The translations under genes were made by a program, and so were the position numbers. The notes under the pieces were generated by a model that was not told the origin of the DNA, did not search any database, and saw only the letters and a program-made list of their open reading frames with translations. A stretch of DNA of 64,000 bases, from contig NC_047076.1 of assembly GCF_902459465.1 (NCBI RefSeq), forward strand, positions 7,998,001 to 8,062,000, read 5' to 3'. This DNA is from Asterias rubens (Eukaryota). Of this stretch, positions 1 to 12,710 are shown in pieces (position 1 is the first letter of the stretch; every line of letters begins with the position of its first letter).

Positions 1-483
1 GTATACTCCCATTTAAATCAGTGTAATCAAAGCATGGCTGGAGGGGGCAAATAGTCTGGTTCCTTTTTGGTATAGATTTGAACGAGTCTTCATTGTTGAT
101 ACTGCATACAGGGGACGTGACAAGGGTCAGTATGATAAAGGTCTAAAAAGGTCTACAGTAAGCGCCCGAACCAGACAAATCTTCTCTATTGTTTATTTAT
201 CTGAACAAGTTACTAAGGCACACGTCATGTAGACACATGCCAAGGAAATTTCTTAGCCCGGTTGAAACTAGGCTAATAAACACAAATCAAAAGGTGGCTA
301 TTGTTTGTGATTAATAAGTCGTGTTGTTTGTTTATTCTTCATTACCTGAGTGCAAAGGTGAAGTTAATGTGGGGTTCCCGCTGTACATCGATTGTGCAAG
401 TCACAAAATGTGTCTTTTTCAAATAAAATAAGGGAAACTGACTGGGTAAGTTTTAAAAAGTTTGGGTTTAAACAAAGACAAAT

Positions 484-615
484 TGACAAGAGCGGGACTT
501 GGACTAACACACTGGCAGTCTACCAATGGAACTAATGAGCCCTGTGTTGGCAGTCTCCCTATTAGTCAATATATGGAGCTTCCGTGTGGCCAGGGGTACA
601 CCCAAGTTTTCACCA
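484..615 (-). mobile_element. Degenerate copy of the tRNA-containing repeat seen at 51885-52137
   Basis: Shares AAGAGCGGGAC...CTACCAA...TGTTGGCAGTCTCCCTATT.GTCAATAT...CCGTGTGGCCAGGG..CACACCCAA blocks with 51885-52080, with deletions. Confidence 0.5.
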
Positions 616-791
616 TCTTGTAATTCTCCCAGTCAAGTCAGTCGGACCAATCTGAGGTTGGAAGGAAAAGAATTCTGGCCTCTTTTTGGTGAGCATTCTA
701 TAAGTAGTTGAAGGGGTAGTAGACATTACCAATCAAAAGATTAGCGTTGGTTTTAAGTTTCCTGAAGTTGCACAAAATGCAAATTTAAAAG

Positions 792-1051
792 AGGAAGATA
801 CTTTGTCTCTAAGAAGAATCAAGCTCATTGGTGCAGTCGACGATGACGTCTTGCAAATAAATACTTTGCATCGACCCGAATTGACCTTTATCAGTTTCTA
901 CTTTCTTATCAAACTCAACTCTGAAAACAGGAAGATACTTTGTCTCTAAAATGAATCAAGCTGATCGGTGCAGTACAAAGATGTCTTGCAAATAAATACT
1001 TTGCATCGACCCGTTATCAATTTCTACTTTCTTATGAAACACAACTCTGAA
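792..1051. repeat. Tandem duplication, 2 x ~137 bp
   Basis: AGGAAGATACTTTGTCTCTAA starts at 792 and 929; both copies continue through CTTGCAAATAAATACTTTGCATCGACCCG to CAACTCTGAA. Confidence 0.9.
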
Positions 1052-1877
1052 CGCTTGCCCTTACTAAACAAAATTTGAGCTCCAGTAAAGTTCACCTGCG
1101 TTGATTTACAATGTGCTGGCCTGGAATGTCATGTATGAATCCCAAAAGTGTGTTGAGATCACAAGTTTAATTTATTTGATTATTCCCCTTTGTGCCCGAG
1201 TCTTGACGTCCATAGTCGGTACCTGTAACGCCCCCCTACAAGGGACACCGGTATCGGTTACAAATACCACATCCCTCTGAAACTTTGTGTAACATGACAT
1301 CGTCATCATCGGTGGTTTGTGGCCATGATGTTGAACCTTGTAAGGGCGACGCAGGGTCTCACCATGGTCTCACGCACTGATATAGACCATGACCCAATAC
1401 TGTATGGAATGGCCAAACTCAAATAAATTTAAAAAAAATAAAATCTAGAACACTGGTCTCTGGACCTTGCTACCCCTGGTCAAGGTGCCCAGTGATGATT
1501 CCTAGCGGGGTACCGGGTATCCATTCTCAGCACATCACAATTCATTAAAACATAACTGAGGACAGTTGGAAAACCAATTGGGAGGAATTAAGGGCACAAC
1601 AAGTGCCACCTGTAAGTGGTGTTTTATGTCTTTGTTTTCTTTGGATTATCTTGTAGAACAAGACTTGACTTCTTGACCTACTTGTGTCTTAAAAAATATA
1701 GCTGCAAAAAATGTATAGAATCTGTAAAGAATTCTGACCCATCCTTTGACACTTTTGGCATGAGAAGTTTTGAGCCACAAAGCTTTGATGTATTCAGTTG
1801 TGTCAGGGCCGAGCAGTCGAGTGCATTGGAATCAAGTTCTGGTCTTGTCATAGTGTGCGTTCAGTTTGTTTCACCTG

Positions 1878-2162
1878 GTCTTGGCCTTGGTGCCCCTCCA
1901 TTAAGTTTTCTATAGACTTTAAGATTTCCCAATAGAGGTGCCCTTTCAAAGTGAAAACTCTCTTGTCCTATCAAGTTTCCCCAATAGATGTGCCCTTTGC
2001 AAACTGAAAATTGCCTGCCCTCTCAAAGTTTTCCAAATAAATGCGCCCTTCACAAATTAAGAACAGCCATGCCCTCTCCATCTTTGCGAGGGTAAGGCTA
2101 TTTTCATTTTGGAAAAGGGTACTTCCCTTGAAATGTCTTAAATGGGGCACCAAGGCCAAGAC
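1878..2162. mobile_element. MITE-like element with terminal inverted repeats
   Basis: GTCTTGGCCTTGGTGCCCC at the left end and GGGGCACCAAGGCCAAGAC at the right end, with CTG on both sides. Related GTGCCC-rich fragments recur near 2850-3120, 22730-22820 and 41780-41890. Confidence 0.6.
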
Positions 2163-2957
2163 CTGGGCAACAGAGCCCACGACCTCCACGTCAATCCAGG
2201 TCAGTTGTTATTGCTTTCCATGTTAATTTCTCTACCAACTGACCAACTTTTAAGTGCACCACCTCAAATTGTCATTTTGGTTTCCTGTAATATAAAATAA
2301 AAACACGCCCACACAGAAAACTGAAGTAGATATTCCCCCTATGTTTCCTAGAGTCATAATCCAGAACAGAAAACTATGACATGAATACATCCCCCATGCT
2401 GTCCGGAAGATGCATCCATAAATAAAATCATTAACCCAAATAAATTGCACAATGCTAAACTTGTACGATTTGTTGAGGGGCGGTATTTATATTTAGAGCA
2501 TCGACGCAAATTGGAGCAATTCAAAACGTTTGCGCAGCGCAGCGGGGATGGAGCCCAGTCCGGCCCCCATACTACCGAACCGATGCGTACATAAAAGCAT
2601 ATTGACCCAAATAACTTGCACTATGTTGAGGGAAAAGCTTAAAGCCATAGTATAGCAACTGTGATAATCAGGGACAATATAAATGGTCAACCATTTTTGA
2701 TCTAAAAGCTTCCATGGGGTTAAGTCAGTGTGGATACAACTCCTTCCTGAAATGTACTAAGGTGGTATTTAACTCAGTTGAAATTTGATTTTTTAATGTT
2801 TTCTTACTTGAAATTTGATCTTATTTTTCTTGCTTCCTGGTCAATGCCTTTGTGCCCTTGAAATGCTCTAGTAGAAATTGACAATTTCCTTATACTATAG
2901 GGTGCCGTTTACCCAGGAGAAAAATGCCCTAGTGCCTTTCCCTTACAGGCCTGTCCC

Positions 2958-3295
2958 TGTACCAAGGAAGAGCTGCCCTGCCTGAACCAGAAACAAGTAT
3001 CCAAGGCTTGGAACATCTCATTAAGTGTCAGCCAAGTTACAGAGCCATTCAGCAACAGCCCCCATACCGTCCCGGCAGAGCTTTCAAGAAAACCTATCGC
3101 CCCGGTGCCCCTTGAAATGTTCAATTAAAATTAATACGTCCTGTACCAGGGAAGAGCTGCCCTGCCTCAATTAGAACCAAGTTCATGTGTATCTGGCCTG
3201 GAACATCTCTTTAAGTGTCACCCAAGTTACAGACCCATTGAGCAACAGCCCCCATACCGTCCCAGCTTAAGCTATCAAGAAAACTTCCTGACCCG
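2958..3295. repeat. Diverged tandem duplication, 2 x ~150 bp (period ~184)
   Basis: TGTACCA.GGAAGAGCTGCCCTGCCT at 2958 and 3142; both copies share GCAACAGCCCCCATACCGTCCC and TCAAGAAAAC. Confidence 0.85.
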
Positions 3296-3688
3296 AATAT
3301 ATTGCACTTATAATCCAGTTTGAGAGGGGACTTCGATGAGCCTGTTCAGCTAAACTGGAGCATGGGGTTGCAGTAGGTAATGCGGCAGCCACTCTGGACA
3401 GCGCTGGGGAACACAGCGTGAGACGTATATCAATTGACTCGGAATATTAAGGCTAATTATGGGGTACCAGTAAAACAGTAGGGTTGGAGCCGCCTCCGAT
3501 ATCACCACATGCAACCTGATCTAATTTAGACCAGCCTGCTCGAATGACAAGAGCTCCACACACATAAATGGAAAAGCCAAAACGATTGGGGGAAAAGTCG
3601 GCTTGTTTCTTTGATAATGAAATATTTCCAACTTTTAAACCAGGGGCCAATTTTATAAAGCTGTGAAGTACAACGATTTGCTAAGCAC

Positions 3689-4255
3689 AGCAATCCAAAG
3701 TTACAATGTCCCCCCCCCCCCCTTTCACCCTAGGCCTCAAAGGAGGGTTAACTCTAACCCGATCGGGACCATTTACCCACTGACCCTATTCTGGTATAAT
3801 ATCCCCCAAATCAAGGTTGTTCCTATTGAGATATACACCCATTTGTGATACAGCTTAGCAATCCAAAGTTACAATGTCCCCCCCCCCCCCCCCTTTCACC
3901 CTTGGCCTCAAAGGAGGGTTAACTCTACCCCGATCGGGACCATTTACCCACTGACCCTTTTTTGGTATAATATCCCCAAATCAAGGTTGTTCCTGTTGAG
4001 ATAGACACCCATTTGTAATACAGCTTTGCAATCCAAAGTGACAATGTCCCCCCCCCCCCCCTACTCCTGGACTAAAAGGAGGGTTAACTCTACCCCGATC
4101 GGGACCATTTACCCACTGACAAATCAATTGTGATACAACTTAGCAGTCCAACATTGCAGTGTCTCCCCCCCACCCCACCCCCCTTCTTCCCTCACTACCT
4201 CAAATGAGGGTTACCTCCACCACCCAGATCAAGACCATTTACCCACTGACACACT
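3689..4255. repeat. Minisatellite, ~169-bp unit x 2 plus 2 shortened units, each with a poly-C tract
   Basis: GCAATCCAAAG.ACAATGTC(C)n...CCCGATCGGGACCATTTACCCACTGAC units start at about 3689, 3857, 4027 and 4142. Confidence 0.9.
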
Positions 4256-4645
4256 GCCACATTCTGCAATAATAATAACCCAGTGATTTATCACTCTACT
4301 GGCCAGTCCCAGGTATTCTACCAGGTTCCAGAAAGACCTTCCCGATAGACCTTCCCATGTGCCGTTAGTATAAACAAATAATATCACTCCCGAGCTCTAC
4401 TACCGTGGTGTGTGTGAACTTCAACTGACCTCCATCTTAATGAAAATTGGTTATATATTATTATTGTAAATAAAATGATATTCCAGAGGCTGGATAAGCT
4501 AAAGAGAACAGGGTGTTAATTTGATGAGGGGAAAAGTTCACGAGACCACAGGGCTTGTTGCTCAAAATGTTTACTGGAATAACAGTGTTTTTACGAGACC
4601 AGAATCAAAATGGGGAAAAAAAAACTTCCTGACACAGTTGCATTT

Positions 4646-4951
4646 ATAAAGGCACCGGACACTATTGGCAATTTTTCAAAGTAATTGTTAGCATAAACAC
4701 TAACTAGGTAACAAGCAATGGAGAGCTGCTGATAGTATAAAACATTGTAGGGAACTGCTAATTTATCACTAAAATATTTAAAATTGAATCCGGGAACTCA
4801 GCTGAGGTCCTGAAATCAAGCCTTTCTTTCATAGTTATCTCCGACGACCAATCAAGCTAAAATTTTCACAGGTTTGTTAATAAAAATATTGAGATACACC
4901 AAGTGAGAAGACTGGTCTTTGACAATTACCAATAGTGTCCAGTGTCTTTAA
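4646..4951 (-). mobile_element. MITE family A (TTAA-AGG termini, Kolobok/T2-like), internally deleted copy
   Basis: AAAGGCACCGGACACTATTGG ... CCAATAGTGTCCAGTGTCTTTAA termini; family-A core segments present. Confidence 0.8.
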
Positions 4952-5311
4952 ATTACTGGCCTCATGACTATGGCCTAGTATTGGAGCCCTAAAGCACAAG
5001 AGAATAAATTCTACGCTACATGTATAATCTAATTACTACACTTATCTTGTAACGGTACTCCTTCAACAAATCCTGCACACACTAAATATTACCCTCTTAT
5101 CAAATGCTGGGACAATTCAATATGACTTCCTACAAGTTGTAGAAACAATGACTGCAGTAAGAATATGCACCAAACTTCTCCATCTTAAAGCGGATCACAG
5201 CTTGAACTTTGACAGAAGGTCATTCTAAGGTCACAGGATGTGTTGCAACAAATGCATCATAAATGGAGCTGGTTTTGTAGGTCTGATACACAGTCCGAAA
5301 ATTGGGTTGAT

Positions 5312-5704
5312 TTGAAGGCAGTGGACACAATTGGTAATTACTTGTAATGATTATCATCATAAAAACTTTCTTGATCACGAGTAATGGGGAGAGGTTGATA
5401 GTATAAAACATTGTGAGAAACAGCTCCCTCTGTGGTAATGTATTTTTTGAGAAATGAAGTAATTTTCCACGCATTTGATTTCGAAACCTCAGATTTAGAA
5501 TATGAGATCTCAAAATCAACCATCTAAACGCGCACAACTTCGTGTGACAAGGGTGTTTTTTTCTTTCATTATTAGTTTGCAACTTCGACAACCGATTGAG
5601 CTCAATTTTTCACAGGTTTGTTATTTTATGCATACAGTATGTTGAGATACACTGACTGTGAAAACTAGTCTTTGACAATTACCAATAGTGTCCACTGTCT
5701 TTAA
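5312..5704 (-). mobile_element. MITE family A, near full length
   Basis: AAGGCAGTGGACACAATTGGTAATT ... AATTACCAATAGTGTCCACTGTCTTTAA; high similarity to 48083-48468. Confidence 0.9.
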
Positions 5705-5918
5705 TTATTGTAATTTTTTTATAAGCATTTTTTTTCTGTTAGGTAACAACAGAGATGTTTGAATTGTGAAGTAGTGCTTTGAAATTGAACTTTACAAGTA
5801 AAAATAAAACCCCAGAAAATTCCTGGGGAGTCTTAACCCCAACTGCCATCCAATGTTCAATTCACACTTGATGTTATTTTCCTGGGTAGAATGTGTGCTA
5901 ACCCTAGGGTTGTCTAGC

Positions 5919-6242
5919 TTAAAGTCACTGGACACGATTGGTAATTGTCAAAGACCAGACTTCTCACTTGGTGCATCTCAACATATGCATAAAATAACAA
6001 ACTCAATTGGTCATCGAAATTACGAGAGAACAATGGAAGAAAAAACACCCTTGTCGAACAAGTCAGATGCTTGATTTGAAGACCTCAGCTTTAAACTCAA
6101 TTCAAATAATTAGTGAGAAATTACTTCTTTCTCAAAAATGTTTTGTACTATCAACAGCTCTCCATTGCTCATTACCAAGTAAGTTTTTAAGGCTCACAAT
6201 TATTTTGAGTAATAAATTAGCAATAGTGTCCAGTGACTTTAA
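5919..6242 (+). mobile_element. MITE family A, opposite orientation, with deletions
   Basis: TTAAAGTCACTGGACAC ... GTGTCCAGTGACTTTAA; TTAA intact at both ends. Confidence 0.85.
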
Positions 6243-7089
6243 CCCTACGACTCCCAAGCAGGGGTAGCTTTTTCCAGGTAAATGGTTATTTCCCAGGAAT
6301 TTGCCAGGGTTAGTGTGAAAAGATCAACCAAATGTTCCTGGGAATTTCCTGGGGAAAATGTCTTGTGTGAAAGGGGCTTCAGATACACAAATCTGTATAA
6401 GAAGTAAACTTTACGTTGCTTATTGTGAACCTAATTATGCTAGTATACTTTCGATTACCCCACCCCAACTTATTATGGCCGTAAAATCTGTCCCAATAAC
6501 TGATGCTTTGATACAAAAACGCGAACAACAAAAACCATTCTCCACAGTGTCCCTAGCTATGGTCAAGACGCCAGTGGAATTACTTCAGGTACAACTCCCC
6601 CGTAAACCATCAACAACCCCCTACAGCGACCCCCACAATAAAAAAATGCATTTTTTTGGTGTTAATCAATGCATTTAAGACTTTTTTTATAGGGGTATGG
6701 AATTGTCAATAGATCGGGTGGAACGGCATACCAGGCCAACGCCTTCTGGATCTGGTAAGCTACACCCACCAATGGGAGAATTGGGCGAAAGTTATAGGGG
6801 CTAATTAGTGAGAGGTTTATTAGAGGTCACAGGAAAGACAAGTTCAAGTCCAACAGGATTTCAACAGGGGCTGAGAATTCATGGCCGAGACAACAATAGG
6901 TAAGCCAGCATCTGTGTATATTTGTTTTATTGTTCCCCCAGTCTTTCCCCCTGGATTCTATGAAAGGAATTACACGCTCTGGTGAGAGAACGATTCTTAA
7001 TAAGATTGTGGTTTGACGTTACCTTGAAAAATGATTGGTGTTTGCGTATGCCCTTGATAATGGGTGGGTGTATGATTTGTAGTATGGAA

Positions 7090-7990
7090 GGGAGAGGGAG
7101 TGGGGTGCGGGATATGGTGCAGTATACGGGGCGCAGAGTACGGGTTACACAGGTCGGAGCTGGGGGTTAGGGATTTATTGCTTGGGTTCATACGATACAG
7201 GTGGGGTGTTGGGTGCAGGGTGTGGCGTGCCAGGTATGGAGGGCAGGGTGTGGGGTGCAGGGTGTGGGGTGCAGGGTGTGGGGTGTGGGATGTGGGTCAA
7301 AGATTGGAGCTGTAGATTTGGGATTGAATACATTGGTTCATACGATTCAGGCGGGTTAAGGGGGCAGGGTGTGGGGATGAGGGGGGCAGGGTGTGGGGTA
7401 AGGGGGACAGGGTGTGGGATACGGGTCAAAGATTGGAGCTGTATGTTTGGGATTGAATGATGGGGTTCATACGATTCAGGCGGGTTAAGGGGGGCAGGGT
7501 GTGGGGATGAGGGGGGCAGGGTGTGGGGTAAGGGGGACAGGGTGTGGTATACGGGTCAAAGATTGGAGCTGTAGATTTGGGATTGAATGCTGGGGTTCAT
7601 ACGATTCAGGTGGGGTTAGGGGGGCAGAATGTGGGGATGAGGGGGCAGGGTGTGGGGTAAGGGGGACAGGGTGTGGGATACGGGTCAAAGATTGGAGCTG
7701 TATGTTTGGGATTGAATGCTGGGGTTCATACGATTCAGGTGGGGTGAGGGGGGCAGGGTGTGGGGATGAGGGGGGCAGGGTGTGGGATCTGGGTCACGGG
7801 TTGAAGCTGGGGGTTTGGAATCGAATGCTTGGGTTTTTTGTAATTCAGGTGGAGTGTTGGGTGCAGGGTGTGGGGTGCAGGGTGTGGGGTGCAGGGTGTA
7901 GGGTGTGGGGTGCAGGGTGTAGGGTGTGGGGTGCAGGGTGTGGGGTGCAGGGTGTGGGGTGCAGGGTGTGGGGTGCAGGGTGTGGGGTGC
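7090..7990. repeat. G-rich hierarchical minisatellite: ~129-bp units plus a (GGGGTGCAGGGTGT)n 14-mer array
   Basis: GGTTCATACGATTCAGG recurs at about 7335, 7464, 7594 and 7723; a 14-mer array occupies about 7858-7990. This explains all overlapping Pro/His- and Gly/Cys-rich ORFs here. Confidence 0.95.
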
Positions 7991-9699
7991 ATAACGCAGG
8001 AAAGAGATCATAGGTAGGAGTTCATAAACAACCGCTGGTGCCGCAATGTTTGACCGCTCAAGTATTGAAGTACGCATTCTTACACAACAGAAAGTTTTTG
8101 TTCAAAGGCAATTTTCAAGAAATTCCATTAGCTCCTTGGTTGCAACAACTCTCAAATGAGCATGGTTTTAAACTAGGAGTTACAAACTGTGCTGGACATT
8201 GGCTAAAGACTGTAAAGCTCTTATTACATTGTGCATAGTTCGATTCAGTTGGTTTAGCATATTTTATTTTGAAGCCACTGGTCATGTTGGTATTAACAGA
8301 GATTGGTGGCGATCCATAGTAATTGTTCAGTCAAAATAGAACACTTTTGTTTTTGAAAGGAAAACATTTATCTGTTTGTGTTTGTCAATTTTGTTGCTGA
8401 TTCATATATCATTGTAAATTTCAGGTAATTTTGATTAGTATAACAATGAAAACACAAACATGGACTTAAGAAATCTTTATCTTGGGTCAGCTATCTTGTT
8501 TGTTCTCCTGCTAAAATCATGGTCACCAAACAGAGGCTGAAGTAGAAATAGTCTGGTTCCTTTTTGGAATTATGAAAATCATATTCAAGATTGGTATGGT
8601 TTACAGGGGACAAGACAAAGCGGAGTTTAAAAAAAAACGTCTGTGGAATTTTTTTAAAGGTAGGCGGAGCTATGACCGCACTCTAATTTCGAACAGACTC
8701 AACAAAGTTGTTAAACGAATAAAATAACAATTTACAAACACAATGCAATTTCCGAGCTGCCCGAGCAGTGAAGTGATCATTTCTAGGCCAGTTACAGCTG
8801 TGCGTGAGATCTACTTAAATAGGGGCGGGGCTTCGTTATGGACCAGCAACACAGGGGGCCTAGCCGGCAGTGGAGTGTAACAGAAATATAACCCGAATCT
8901 GTAGTCCAGAACCAGGATCTGGAACTGGAGTTTAAAAGATTAGAATAACTTCAGGGAAGGTTCGTTGACTTTGAATTCCCCCCCCCCCAAAAAAAACCGA
9001 TAATGTCAAGTTAATTTGCGGTTGACAACCAGGTGTACTTTTTTAGTCAAGGATGGGTACTTTTCATAATGAGTCGGGGCTCGATGTGAAGTGGGTCGCA
9101 CTCTACCACAAAGAAGGAAAAAACACTACACGTTAAAGTTGCACTTTTCTTGTCAATGATTCCATTTCATAAATAGTCTCAGTGAATAGTAACCAACCAC
9201 TGTCACACTAAATGGTTTTGCTTTTCAATATATCGTACAAACTCCTCCATTTGGGTCACAACTAAAAAAAAACCACAATGTCATCATTTCATAATTCTGA
9301 ATCCTGCAGCCTAGCTACTTACACCCACGCAGCTGAACTCGTCTCGTACTTTTTTTTTTTGCGCGAAATAGTTACAGCTATTATACCTGGAAACCGCACT
9401 TTATATGGCTATGGGAAAGGGGATTATAAAGAGCTATAATATAATAGAGGTACACTTTGCCATGCAGGGGTGCAGTTCCTCCAAAGTACAGTTTCGCAAT
9501 GAGTAACTGTGCGCTTGCGTAGACCCGCCCCCCCTTGTTCTGAGTGCACAAACGCAGCCCTTCCATGGCCAAACAGCATAACTCAACAACTTTAGTTTCC
9601 GATATATACTGTATATTATAATTTTGGGGCAAATATTTGGCTTTTTTGTTTCCCCAATTTCAAAGTTTAAAAGGCATACTATTTCACTTCCTGCCCCCC

Positions 9700-10135
9700 C
9701 CCTCCCCAGAACCATATAAAGTAATTGTTCACCACACCCCCATCTTACACTGTCCATAAATACCCCCTTGCAATCCCCCCTCCCCTCCAAAAAACCCTGG
9801 TACCATATAAAATCATTGCCCGCCACACCCCCATCTCACACTGTCCATAAATACCCCCCCCCTTTCCCGGTACCATATAAACTCATTGCCCGCCACACCA
9901 CCATCTCACACTGTCCATAAATACCCCCCCCCTTTCCCGGTACCATATAAACTCATTGCCCGCCACACCACCATCTCACACTGTCCATAAATACCCCCCC
10001 CCCCTTTCCCGGTACCATATAAACTCATTGCCCGCCACACCACCATCTCACACTGTCCATAAATACCCCCCCCTTTCCCGGTACCATATAAACTCATTGC
10101 CCGCCCCACCCCCATCTTACATTTCCCATAATACC
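9700..10135. repeat. C-rich minisatellite, ~70-bp unit x ~6
   Basis: GGTACCATATAAA at 9799, 9869, 9939, 10011 and 10080, plus a degenerate unit near 9709; unit length varies through the poly-C run. Confidence 0.95.
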
Positions 10136-10739
10136 CACCCCTTCCCCCTCAAGCAGCGACTCGTACTACCCAAATGCCAGTCTCCCCTCACCCCCAAAGG
10201 GCTCTTTAGAGAGCTTCGTGCAGTCCTATCTTGTTGTTTTAGACCCAGAGGTCCCTCAGCCCGATAAAAAACAACCCCTCTCTAAACCAGAACCATGGTA
10301 ACCACAACCTGCACAGGTGCGTGCCCCATTTTTAGTAGTCCCCCAATGGAATGACACTTCTTTTGATTGGTGTACAATCATCGAGTTCCTTTTTAAAAAC
10401 CTCCACTATGAGTTTCCTGTCGGACAATAGCACAGACACAATTGTTATCTGAGGAAGCAACAGGGAAAATGACAGTGTCAATACACAGGCACTCGATTAA
10501 GTCTAAAAGTGACAAATTGGGGCGCACCTGCGAGCTCTTGGAAACCTCTTGAGAGTTTGAGATAAAACGTTCGAGTCTGACAGGCCAATTGATGTCAAAA
10601 TGATGAATTATTAATCGTTTGAAGTGCAATTAATAACTTTAGATACATGATATTAAACGTCACTTTAAAGGAAGGTATGGGTTTCAAATAATCGCAATTT
10701 AATCATTTTTGTTATCCGCACTGATGTAAATCCATTACA

Positions 10740-12710
10740 AGCCTGAAACAAAATACTTAATGATTACTGAGCCAAAGATGCTAGACTGAAACATGTGCTT
10801 GTTTTGCTAAGCAAACATTTGCAAGGAACCAGTCGAAAACCATATGCATACCAATTTTTTCGGCCGGTAACCTACTTTTACTGAGCAAGATTTTCTATGC
10901 TAAGTAAAAACGGGCCCACTTAGTGAACTCATGTTTCCCGTACTAACTTCTTATAAAGATTTTCGCTAAGCGGATCTATCAAATTTAGTCTAGATTTTCA
11001 AGGAATATAGGGCTGACATGAAGCCAAAAGAAGAAAAAAGAAACCAAAAGGAAGTTTATTTGTGAGTCACTCAAAAATGGCATCAAACAAAAATAAGAAG
11101 AAATCCCAAACAAGAGGCGTACCTGGAAATTTTCACATTCCACCGAGACCAAAGGGGTAGTCCAAATAAATTTAACCGATAAAAACTCATGGACTCTGTT
11201 TTGATTTCCTCTTCTCCAGCCTGAACCCGAGGAACAAAACAAAACAAAATTGTGCCAAACTCGGCCGAGCTGGAAACCTCGACTGACCTGGGCCCAATTT
11301 CATGAGAACTGCTTTTAAAGCACAAAAAGTAGCTAAGCTCAAGAAAACTAGGCTTATCAGAATAAGGTTACCAGCCAAAATAGCAATCGATATGTACAAT
11401 TATTGACTGATATCCTGCTCATTAATGCTAAGCAGAAATTTTATTAGCATTATTTGCTGCTTTTGGATAAGAATATATTGCTGAACAATGTTTTGCTAAG
11501 TAAAAATTTAGCAGAATACCAGCCACTGAAACATGCCAATTTGGCTGGTAATGTTTTTCTGGAACGCAGACTTTTATTTTACTTAGCTACTTGTTGTCTT
11601 TTTCTGCTTACAAAGTATCCATTAGCAGAGTTTAAATTTGACACTGCTTAACCCTAAGCAAAGCAGAACGCATGCTTATCTTGCCGGCTGTTTCTGTTAA
11701 CAGATGAGAGATGCAGCATGCAATGCAAAATTACTTAATGAAATACACTTTTGCTAACGCATGTTTTCCTGCGATAGTAAGCACAAATATGTGCTTACCG
11801 GTTAAGAACTTTACAAAAATGTGCCCAGGTGAGTCAAGGTGAACTTTATGTGACCTTTTGATTTGTTTGAAGTGATGCCCAGGTGTGGGTGTAATTGGGT
11901 GAATTACTTGTACATGGTGTTCTAGGGGAGTAGAGTGCGGGGACAGCCCAGCTTTATAAAGGTGTGACACTCACTGACAAGGTGTGATGTGAATGTACCA
12001 AGCTAAACTGCATTTACGCAATGACTTATATGCCTTGGTAGAACACCCACAGAAAATTCAATACAGCTTTAGGAGCCCAATTTCGTAGAGCTGCTTAAGC
12101 AGAATTTTATTTTTAGAGTTTTCTGCTTAATGAAAATGAGGAGGATAATGGTTAATGTGAAATGGCATTTTGGCTGGTTACCCTTTTCTGGTAAGCACAG
12201 TTTTGTCATGCTGCTACTCTTTGTGCTTTATGTACCTCATTGGACTAAGCTCCTGTTGCGCTAAGTAATTCTTAAAAGAATTACTTAGCGCAAAACAAAA
12301 ATCTTGCTTGGTGGAGACAGCCCACCAACCAAAAGTGTATATTGTTTGAGACTGGTTCCCTTGCTAAAACTGCTCAGCAGAAAAACTTGCTTAGCACCGT
12401 TTTCTGCTGAAACAAACTTTATTTAGTCCATGGCTGTGGCTGAAACCTGGCTGAGGCTGAATGCTGGCTCTGGCTACATAATATTATACTGATCTTTATT
12501 GTTTCTCAGGCCAGTATGAACCCAATTTAAACAAAAGTTTTTAAACAGAAAATAAGAGCTTTGTAAATCTTTCTGCTTACACAGTGCAAAACGAGTCATA
12601 GAAAAAAAGAAACAAAATATAAAATGTTGGCCGGTAACCAATATTTCCGTAGCAACGTTTTTTTGTGCTAAGCAATTATCCGTACTAACAGCTTTTATGA
12701 AATGGGGCCA
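10740..12710. mobile_element. Cluster of decayed GGCCCAATTTCAT / TGCTAAGCA-type MITE fragments
   Basis: Partial TIRs (GGGCCCAATTTCATG 11289, AGCCCAATTTCGTAGAGCTGCTTAAGC 12072, GCTTTTATGAAATGGGGCC ~12691) and internal segments resembling 15622-15863 and 53948-54090. Confidence 0.55.

Noticed and set aside
5220-5591. Recurring MVDFE(I/T)S.../HTKLCAFRWLI... peptides (also at 17360, 40796, 48099, 62772)
   Set aside because: They are translations of MITE family A with inconsistent frames between copies; not a gene family.
7100-8077. Overlapping Pro/His- and Gly/Cys/Val-rich ORFs of up to 170 aa
   Set aside because: They are translations of the G-rich minisatellite, open in many frames on both strands, with no splice or homology support.
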